Shown here: positions 27,812 through 34,382 of the stretch, piece after piece
Numbering within the stretch: position 1 is the stretch's first letter
Layout of the letters: each line of letters opens with the position of its first letter
Origin: Flavobacteriales bacterium
Lineage (GTDB): Bacteria > Bacteroidota > Bacteroidia > Flavobacteriales > Flavobacteriaceae
Direction: 5' to 3'
Assembly (NCBI GenBank): GCA_011525015.1
Contig: WTJC01000023.1
Location: 2,062-66,061, forward strand
DNA length: 64,000 nucleotides
Translations under genes and position numbers: made by a program
The notes under the pieces: model-generated
Told to the model about the DNA's origin: nothing
The model's input: the letters and a program-made list of their open reading frames with translations, nothing else
The model's database searches: none

Positions 27812-28689
27812 TACTGTGATTTATTATTTGTTGGTATTCTATTAAGTATTGATTTTATTGAATTTATATCTTTCATTTCGGCTCTTATAAAAGCCTCGTT
27901 TTCTTCGATGAGATTCTCTTTAAACTGCTGTAAATTGTCAATATAGCGCTCCAAAGAATCGATAACATTTTCTTTGTTTTGAACAAATATCGGCGCCCAC
28001 ATCTCGGGTGAACTTTTGGCCAGACGAACTGTACTCTCAAAACCAGAACCGGCCATGTCAAAAATGTTTTTTTCATCGGGCTCGAGCTGCATCACGGTCT
28101 TACCCAACATAAAAGAAGAAATATGAGACAAGTGAGAAACATAAGCCAGATGCTTGTCGTGCATCACTGGGTCCATATATCGGATTTCCATTTGCATCCC
28201 CTCAAAAACAGCCAATGCATTATGAGCCAAATCAGCTCGGGTTTTATCGAATTCACATAGTATCTGGATCTTCTGAGCAAACAGCTCTTTTATGGCTGCT
28301 TTTGGTCCAGAAAATTCAGTTCCTGCAATGGGGTGACAGGCTAAAAACTGTGCCCTCTTTGGATGATCTTTGACGACTCTACAGATTTCTTGTTTGGTAG
28401 ATCCGGCATCAACTACAAGGGTATGGTCATCCACAATATCGAGCACCTTACCTATCAGTTCACAGATAACCGTTACAGGAACGGCTAAAAAAACCATATC
28501 ACAAGTCTTGAGCATATTGAGCTCTTTTACGTCATAAGCAGCATCTATCCATCCTAAATCGAGTGCTTGATTTCTATGGGATTCACTCACATCTAAACCG
28601 ATGAGCTCTACACCTTCATATTGCTCTCTCATACTGATGGCGAAAGAACCTCCTATCAAACCTAAACCTATGACTCCAACTTTTCTCAT
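27811..28689 (-). CDS. tyrA: Prephenate dehydrogenase
   Basis: The ORF track starts at 28740. I prefer the ATG at 28689 (MRKVGVIGLGLIGGSFA, Rossmann GxGxxG right at the N-terminus), which forms an ATGA overlap with the upstream aminotransferase stop. Confidence 0.88.
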   Translation of the reverse strand: MRKVGVIGLGLIGGSFAISMREQYEGVELIGLDVSESHRNQALDLGWIDAAYDVKELNMLKTCDMVFLAVPVTVICELIGKVLDIVDDHTLVVDAGSTKQEICRVVKDHPKRAQFLACHPIAGTEFSGPKAAIKELFAQKIQILCEFDKTRADLAHNALAVFEGMQMEIRYMDPVMHDKHLAYVSHLSHISSFMLGKTVMQLEPDEKNIFDMAGSGFESTVRLAKSSPEMWAPIFVQNKENVIDSLERYIDNLQQFKENLIEENEAFIRAEMKDINSIKSILNRIPTNNKSQ

Positions 28690-29834
28690 CTCGATTGAAT
28701 ACGTTTTAAGGCTTCTTCTATTTTGGACTCGGGTACACATAATGAAAAACGAACAAAGCCTTCACCTTGTGATCCGAAGATGTGACCAGGGGCAATAAAT
28801 ATATCTTGCTCATAAAGCAACTCGTCTACAATTTGGTCAGCGGTTTTATCCGATGGGATTTTGCACCAAATAAACATGCCTGCACTGTCTTTGTCATAAG
28901 TAAGGCCCAATTCATCCGCTATTTTGCACACGAGTTCTTTTCGTCTATTGTAGACTGTGTTTAACTCCTCGAACCAAGTTGAACTTAGGGCTAAAGCAGC
29001 AGCTGCACCTTTTTGAATTCCGTAAAACATGCCAGAATCCATATTTGATTTGACCTTTAGCACTTCTTGCAAGGTATCCGCAGCACCGACGAGCATTCCA
29101 ACACGCCACCCTGCCATATTGAAGGTTTTTGAAATAGAATTCAGTTCTAAAACCGGATCTGTTGGTTGCACGTACTTCATGATAGAAGTTGGCTGATCAT
29201 TAGCGATGAACGAATAGGGATTGTCGTTGACCAAAAGAATATTTTGAGATTTAGCAAATTCTACTAAGCGCTCATAGTCATCTGCACTTAGTTTTGCTCC
29301 AGTAGGCATATTGGGGTAATTTACCCACATCAATTTTACCTCACTCAAATCTTGCTTTTCAAGCCATTCAAAGTCAACACTCCAATTCTTTTCTTCATCC
29401 AATGGATAGGCGATGATTTCAGCCTCCAATAATTTTGAAACCGAGCTGTAAGTTGGGTAACCTGGATTAGGCACCAGCGCTTTATCCCCTTTATTTAAAA
29501 AGGCCATAGAGATGTGCATAATACCTTCTTTAGAGCCCATCAGCGGAAGAATTTCTTTATCAGCGTCTAAGGAGACTTGATAATGTCTTTGGTAAAATGC
29601 TGCAATAGCTGTTCTCAATTCTGGAATACCCTGATAACTCTGGTATTGATGAGCCGTTTGATCTTCAAGACTCGAAACCAGGGCTTTTACAACTTCTTGA
29701 CTTGGACGTAAATCAGGACTCCCTATACCCATATTGATTATGGGTTTACCAGCATTGATTAACTGCTTTACTTCTCGAAGTTTACTCGAGAAATAGTATT
29801 CCTTGACACTTTGTAAACGCTGCGCTGTATTCAT
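28686..29834 (-). CDS. Class I/II pyridoxal-phosphate-dependent aminotransferase (likely aromatic/prephenate aminotransferase by context)
   Basis: 382 aa with the PLP-lysine motif NSISKTFNMAGWRVG. Embedded between pheA and tyrA. Substrate assignment is inference from context. Confidence 0.85.
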   Translation of the reverse strand: MNTAQRLQSVKEYYFSSKLREVKQLINAGKPIINMGIGSPDLRPSQEVVKALVSSLEDQTAHQYQSYQGIPELRTAIAAFYQRHYQVSLDADKEILPLMGSKEGIMHISMAFLNKGDKALVPNPGYPTYSSVSKLLEAEIIAYPLDEEKNWSVDFEWLEKQDLSEVKLMWVNYPNMPTGAKLSADDYERLVEFAKSQNILLVNDNPYSFIANDQPTSIMKYVQPTDPVLELNSISKTFNMAGWRVGMLVGAADTLQEVLKVKSNMDSGMFYGIQKGAAAALALSSTWFEELNTVYNRRKELVCKIADELGLTYDKDSAGMFIWCKIPSDKTADQIVDELLYEQDIFIAPGHIFGSQGEGFVRFSLCVPESKIEEALKRIQSR

Positions 29835-29836
29835 GC

Positions 29837-30670
29837 CTAATCTTGAATTTGTTTTAAGTGGTCGGAATAAACTCCAAGAACTTGAGCGTCTTCTGCCATG
29901 AGTTCGATGAGCGCCAGGGCTTTCTTAAAGTAGGCGTAGTCGTCAAAGGTAACATCCACAAAAAAAGCGTATTTCCAAGGAGTTTCTATCACTGGCAAGG
30001 ATTGTATCTTGGTTAAATTCAATCGACAATCACTCATCATATTTAAAATCGCAGCAAGACTTCCTCTTTTGTGTTCGGTTAAAAATCGAAGAGAAGCTTT
30101 ATTTGCCTTTTCAGTTTCAAGAGTCTCTTGTGCTTTAGTCACAATTAAAAAACGCGTAGAATTGGTTTTTAAATTTTGGATGTCCGTAGCCAAGGTCTGC
30201 AACTCGTATAGGTTTGCAGCCAAACCTGGTGCAATTGCTGCAATCCCCAATTGATTATTCTCATGAATCTGTTGAGCGACAAGGGCCGTATCAGCAGCTT
30301 CTACTAATTTTATTTTAGGATACTTTTTAAAGAAATAAGTGCACTGCAGAAGAGCCATAGGATGTGAATGCACCTCAGTAATATCTTCTATACTTTGACC
30401 TTCTTTAGCCATCAAATGATGAGAGATTTCTTGATAATACTCCCCAACTACTTTTAAGTTGTGGTCGTAAAGCAAGGCATAATTTGGAATAATTGAACCC
30501 GCCAGAGAATTTTCAATAGCCATAACGCCCATGTCAGCCTCATCACTGAGCAGTTTCTGCACCACAGACTCAAAAGAATGGCAGCACAGCAACTCATTTT
30601 CGGCTCCAAAATAAGCATTGGCCACAATGTGATGGTTTGACCCTAATATTCCTTGTATTGCAATTTTCAT
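29837..30670 (-). CDS. pheA: Prephenate dehydratase (PDT catalytic domain plus C-terminal ACT domain)
   Basis: 277 aa with TRFLIV and ACT-domain ESRP-like region (LTKIQSLPV). It is the first gene of the aromatic operon. Confidence 0.9.
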   Translation of the reverse strand: MKIAIQGILGSNHHIVANAYFGAENELLCCHSFESVVQKLLSDEADMGVMAIENSLAGSIIPNYALLYDHNLKVVGEYYQEISHHLMAKEGQSIEDITEVHSHPMALLQCTYFFKKYPKIKLVEAADTALVAQQIHENNQLGIAAIAPGLAANLYELQTLATDIQNLKTNSTRFLIVTKAQETLETEKANKASLRFLTEHKRGSLAAILNMMSDCRLNLTKIQSLPVIETPWKYAFFVDVTFDDYAYFKKALALIELMAEDAQVLGVYSDHLKQIQD

Positions 30671-30673
30671 ATC

Positions 30674-30700
30674 AAAAAAAAAGCCCCGTTAATACGGGAC
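30674..30700 (-). terminator. Intrinsic terminator hairpin plus U9 immediately 5' of pheA (attenuator terminator)
   Basis: Minus strand GUCCCGU-AUUA-ACGGGGC (30700..30683, 7 bp including one G-U) followed by nine U (30682..30674). The pheA ATG follows 3 nt later at 30670. There is no co-directional upstream gene to terminate. Confidence 0.7.
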
Positions 30701-30737
30701 CTCTAATATTTTATATACATACTACAACGCCCCTGTT

Positions 30738-30794
30738 TCAATTACTGAAATAAGCAAAATAATACGCGTTGTAAGTAAATTTTTTTCCAAACAT
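30738..30794 (-). CDS. Candidate Phe/Tyr leader peptide (18 codons) of the pheA operon attenuator
   Basis: Minus strand ATG TTT GGA AAA AAA TTT ACT TAC AAC GCG TAT TAT TTT GCT TAT TTC AGT AAT TGA encodes MFGKKFTYNAYYFAYFSN*. Eight of 18 codons are Phe or Tyr. The stop lies 37 nt before the terminator hairpin. Confidence 0.55.
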   Translation of the reverse strand: MFGKKFTYNAYYFAYFSN

Positions 30795-30955
30795 GTGGCG
30801 AATATATAAAATTCATGGCTGAAAATAGTTTTCCATACTTTTTTTTTGACTTTTTATCGTTTTACGGTTGCATTTAGGTGATTATGTAATCTCAAGACAG
30901 AATTATTGTTAATTCTTCATGCTTTACGGCAACGGAATCAATTATTCATATGTCT

Positions 30956-30963
30956 TATTTTTG
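30956..30963 (+). promoter_or_regulatory. Candidate -7 box (TATTTTTG) for the ABC ATPase gene
   Basis: TAnnTTTG match 21 nt upstream of the ATG at 30985. Confidence 0.35.
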
Positions 30964-30984
30964 ATAAAGAAATGAGCTTAGCCC

Positions 30985-31881
30985 ATGATTGAATTGAAAG
31001 AAATTCGAAAGACATATCGCGATGTGCATGCCCTAAAGACGATTAATCTACACCTACCAAAGGGATGTAGACTCGGCCTTTTGGGCAATAATGGAGCGGG
31101 TAAATCAACACTAATGCGGATTCTTGCCACATTAGAACAACCGGATACAGGTACGCTTTATATCGATCATAAAGATGCATTCACTCAAATTGAAGAAACA
31201 AGATCTAAAATCGCATTTTTACCTGATTACAACCCCTTACCTGAGCAGCTTTACGTCAAAGAATTTCTAGATTTTCAGCAGAAAATATTTAACCGCAGTT
31301 CAAGCTTCGTTTCAGATTTAATTGAAAAAACACAACTTCAAACTGTCTTAAACCGAAAAATTCAAAATTTATCAAAAGGGTTTAGACAGCGTCTCGGAAT
31401 CGCAAACCTCATGCTGAGTCCAGCAGAAATTTATATTCTCGACGAACCCCTGGCGGGATTAGATACAGCCCAAAGAATAGAAATTCGAGGATTAATCAAT
31501 GCCATATCTAAGAGTAAAACCCTGATTTTTAGTTCTCATATGTTGGGTGAAGTCGAATACCTTGCCGATCAAATCGCCATTGTGCACCAGGGTGAAATCG
31601 TTTACAATGAAAAGTTTGAACACCTTGGAAATTACATTCGAGTATCCTTTGACTACCGCGTAGAAGAAGCCTTTTTAAAAAAGATCAACAAAGTTGAAAA
31701 AGTTGAAAACACAAGAGATTTTGAGTACAAGATTCAAAGTGTAGACCATAGCGATATACGTGAAGAAATTCTTGATTTTGCACGAGAACACGAATTGGAG
31801 ATTGTAGAAATGAAATGGATCAACAGTGACTTAGAAGAAAAATTTCTAGCCCTTACCACTCCAAGAATAAAAAAAATCTAA
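30985..31881 (+). CDS. ABC transporter ATP-binding protein (ABC-2 type, stand-alone, no permease adjacent)
   Basis: 298 aa with Walker A GNNGAGKST, signature LSKGFRQRLG, Walker B IYILDEP and H-loop SSHML. Size, the solitary position and the LPDYNPL...YVKEFLDF stretch are reminiscent of GldA, but I cannot confirm that by eye. Confidence 0.85.
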   Translation: MIELKEIRKTYRDVHALKTINLHLPKGCRLGLLGNNGAGKSTLMRILATLEQPDTGTLYIDHKDAFTQIEETRSKIAFLPDYNPLPEQLYVKEFLDFQQKIFNRSSSFVSDLIEKTQLQTVLNRKIQNLSKGFRQRLGIANLMLSPAEIYILDEPLAGLDTAQRIEIRGLINAISKSKTLIFSSHMLGEVEYLADQIAIVHQGEIVYNEKFEHLGNYIRVSFDYRVEEAFLKKINKVEKVENTRDFEYKIQSVDHSDIREEILDFAREHELEIVEMKWINSDLEEKFLALTTPRIKKI

Positions 31882-31885
31882 ACTA

Positions 31886-32962
31886 TTATTGGGGTATTTC
31901 TTTTCTCAAAACTTCATACGCGCTGTCTAGCGCAGTCTGTAGATTTGGCACAGAGGCATTGATCAACAGCGCAACAACGAGTTCTGCGTCTGGGTACACA
32001 AAAAGATTGGTATAAGCACCAACACCCTGGCCGATATGGCCGATATAACCCATATCATCTAGTTCTTGATTGCATTGCCAGCCCAGGCCATAATAGGTTG
32101 GTTTAGCCATTACAAATTGTTGTGTGAGTACTTCATCCCAAGTTGAAGACTCTAAAATACTTTGATCTAAAGCAGCTTGCCCTAATTTGATGATATCGGT
32201 GGCCGTAGACAAGTATCCACCAGCAGCAATTTTATATCCATTATTAACCCTTGAAGCTCTTTTAAACCCATTTTTAGTTTTGGAATACATTTTAACCGTT
32301 CTTTTCTTCATCTCTTTAGAGAGGGAGGTTTTGGCCGCTTCTTCAAAGGTCTGCGACATTTTCAAGGCATCTAAAACCTCACGCTGCACAAAACTTCCGA
32401 AAGACTCTTTTGCGGCAATTTGCATCACTGCTGAGAGCAAGACATAATTATACGAACTGTAGTAATAATCAGCACCGGGCACAAATAAGAGCGGGTCATT
32501 TTTAAAAAGTGCTAGCCCTTCTTCTATGCCATAAGCTTTATTAGAAAATAACTCCTTGCCCTTATACGAACGAATACCTGAGGTATGTGTTGCTAAATGT
32601 TTGATGCTGATATCAAAGTTATTTTTAGGGTATTGTGGTAAATACTCAAAAATAGATTCGTCAAGAGACAACATCTTTTTGTCAATCATTCGACCTAAGG
32701 CTAGTCCAGTAATGGATTTGGCAATGGATGCAATTCTAAAAAGCGATGTTTCTGGCTCAACAGGATTGGAATTGAATCCTCCATATTTGCCAAAGGCTTT
32801 AGAATAAATAATTTCACCCTTGTGCTGTACTGCACAACTCAATGCTGGAACTTGATTATGCTCGGCGATTGCCGCTATTTTTTGATCAAATGTTTGAAGG
32901 CCAGGTTTCATATTAGCGCTGAAAATCAGGTTTGGAATGAGGTTTGGGACCACATCAGACAA
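31886..32962 (-). CDS. Beta-lactamase-related serine hydrolase (class C / PBP4*-like family)
   Basis: 358 aa with the SxxK motif in RIASIAKSITG and a Tyr-x-Asn-like YSSYNY. No obvious signal peptide. The true start may be the internal Met (MKPGLQTF). Confidence 0.75.
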   Translation of the reverse strand: MSDVVPNLIPNLIFSANMKPGLQTFDQKIAAIAEHNQVPALSCAVQHKGEIIYSKAFGKYGGFNSNPVEPETSLFRIASIAKSITGLALGRMIDKKMLSLDESIFEYLPQYPKNNFDISIKHLATHTSGIRSYKGKELFSNKAYGIEEGLALFKNDPLLFVPGADYYYSSYNYVLLSAVMQIAAKESFGSFVQREVLDALKMSQTFEEAAKTSLSKEMKKRTVKMYSKTKNGFKRASRVNNGYKIAAGGYLSTATDIIKLGQAALDQSILESSTWDEVLTQQFVMAKPTYYGLGWQCNQELDDMGYIGHIGQGVGAYTNLFVYPDAELVVALLINASVPNLQTALDSAYEVLRKEIPQ

Positions 32963-32967
32963 TGAAT

Positions 32968-34230
32968 CTACAAAATTGATTGGATTTTTTCAATGTAATC
33001 TAGCTTTTCCCAGGTAAACAATTCAACCTCCACTTCTTTGGTACCGTTGTAATTTGATTCAAAGACCTTGGTCACTTTTTGAGGTGTTCTACCCATATGA
33101 CCGTAAGAAGCGGTTTCTACATAGATTGGATTTCTCAACTTTAACCTTTGCTCAATTCCATAAGGGGTCAAATCAAAAAGACTTGCAATTTTTTGAGCCA
33201 ACTCTGAATCTGTATAGTTGGTATGGTTTCGTCCAAAGGTATTTAAACTGATAGAAGTAGGCTCGGCCACTCCAATAGCATAACTCAATTGCACTAAAAC
33301 CTCATCACATACTCCAGCTGCAACCAGGTTCTTCGCAATATGTCTGGCTGCGTAGGCTGCACTTCGGTCAACCTTTGAAGGATCTTTTCCTGAAAATGCA
33401 CCACCTCCATGACCTCCTTTTCCGCCATAGGTGTCTACAATGATTTTACGCCCTGTCAATCCCGTATCTCCGTGAGGTCCACCGATTACAAATTTTCCTG
33501 TAGGATTGATGTGGTAAGTGATGTTCTCGTTGTACAATTCTTGAATCTGAGCGGGCTGTTTAGCCATAACTTTGGGAATTACCATTTCAATCATGTCTTT
33601 TCGAATCTGATTTAACATGTTTTCATCGGTATCCCAAGAATCGTGTTGGGTAGATATGACGATCGCATCTATAGCAATTGGATTGTGGTTTTCGTCGTAT
33701 TCGAGTGTCACCTGCGCCTTTGAATCTGGTCTTAAGTAGTGTATTTTCTGTTCCTCTCCCTTGGCATATGCCTTTCGAATTCGCGCTAATTCCTTTAATA
33801 TTTCGTGGGATAACACTAAGGCTAGAGGCATGTACTCTTCTGATTCATTAACCGCATAACCAAACATAATTCCTTGGTCTCCCGCTCCTTGTGTTTCTGG
33901 CGTTTCGCGCTCAACACCTTGGTTGATTTCAGAACTTTGTTCGTGAAGTAAGGAAATTACTCCACAACTGTCTCCGCTAAATTTATACTCACCTTTGGTG
34001 TATCCTATTTCGTTGATGCGCTTTCTCGCGATCTGTTGAACATCTAAGTAGATTTTGCTTTTGACTTCACCCGCTAAGACCACTTGACCGGTTGTAACTA
34101 AGGTTTCACAAGCCACCTTACTTTCTGGATCGTAAGCCAAAAAATGGTCTAATAAAGCATCACTAATTTGATCTGCTATCTTATCTGGATGCCCTTCACT
34201 CACTGACTCGGAGGTAAAAAAATAACTCAT
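32968..34230 (-). CDS. metK: S-adenosylmethionine synthetase
   Basis: 420 aa, [49 protein letters not shown], canonical MetK motifs. Confidence 0.96.
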   Translation of the reverse strand: MSYFFTSESVSEGHPDKIADQISDALLDHFLAYDPESKVACETLVTTGQVVLAGEVKSKIYLDVQQIARKRINEIGYTKGEYKFSGDSCGVISLLHEQSSEINQGVERETPETQGAGDQGIMFGYAVNESEEYMPLALVLSHEILKELARIRKAYAKGEEQKIHYLRPDSKAQVTLEYDENHNPIAIDAIVISTQHDSWDTDENMLNQIRKDMIEMVIPKVMAKQPAQIQELYNENITYHINPTGKFVIGGPHGDTGLTGRKIIVDTYGGKGGHGGGAFSGKDPSKVDRSAAYAARHIAKNLVAAGVCDEVLVQLSYAIGVAEPTSISLNTFGRNHTNYTDSELAQKIASLFDLTPYGIEQRLKLRNPIYVETASYGHMGRTPQKVTKVFESNYNGTKEVEVELFTWEKLDYIEKIQSIL

Positions 34231-34299
34231 ATCGGTCTAATAATTTCTTTCGTTAAAGCTAGAAGGGAGTGAATGATTCTCAATACAATAGTATCGAAT

Positions 34300-34352
34300 C
34301 AACTGCTTTAGCATTTTTAATGAGGTTGCAATCAGTCAAATCCCTCCTCAAG
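34300..34352 (-). promoter_or_regulatory. Structured metK 5' leader, candidate SAM-responsive riboswitch (class unresolved, pseudoknot type suspected)
   Basis: Minus strand has helix UGAGG (34350..34346) / CCUCA (34325..34321). Loop ACUG (34336..34333) is complementary to downstream CAGU (34305..34302), with an A-rich linker UUAAAAAUGCUAAAG. The location in front of metK fits SAM sensing. Call made by eye only. Confidence 0.3.
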
Positions 34353-34382
34353 CGAAGGCGAAAATACAAAGAATGTATCTAA

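Noticed and set aside
30816-30836. An alternative minus-strand mini-ORF, MENYFQP*, upstream of the proposed leader peptide.
   Set aside because: It has only 7 codons with 2 aromatic residues, lies far from the terminator, and does not overlap any of the alternative helices. The 18-codon ORF at 30794..30738 fits the attenuator geometry much better.
30815-30877. A plus-strand 20-codon ORF, MAENSFPYFFFDFLSFYGCI*, with 7 Phe and 2 Tyr. It lies back-to-back with the minus-strand leader ORF and points toward the ABC ATPase gene.
   Set aside because: The Phe run comes from a T9 tract in an AT-rich spacer. No convincing terminator or anti-terminator follows before 30985; there is only a weak A/T hairpin (AGAATTA-TTGT-TAATTCT) without a U-run. 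The downstream gene has no link to aromatic amino acids. It is probably coincidental and worth a glance only if comparative data show conservation.
30985-31881. Naming the solitary ABC ATPase gldA, given its 298-aa size, the absence of a permease neighbour and a flavobacterial context with gldB/gldC in the window.
   Set aside because: The resemblance is from memory of short motifs only, and ABC-2 ATPases are highly similar to each other. It needs an ortholog or TIGRFAM-level search, so the gene symbol is left empty.
34300-34352. Classifying the metK leader as a canonical SAM-I (S-box) riboswitch because of GCAACC / UGCUAAA / GCAG strings.
   Set aside because: There is no space or complementarity for the P3 hairpin between GCAACC and UGCUAAA, no clear P1 or kink-turn P2, and no terminator. 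Only a generic candidate SAM element call is justified without a covariance-model search.
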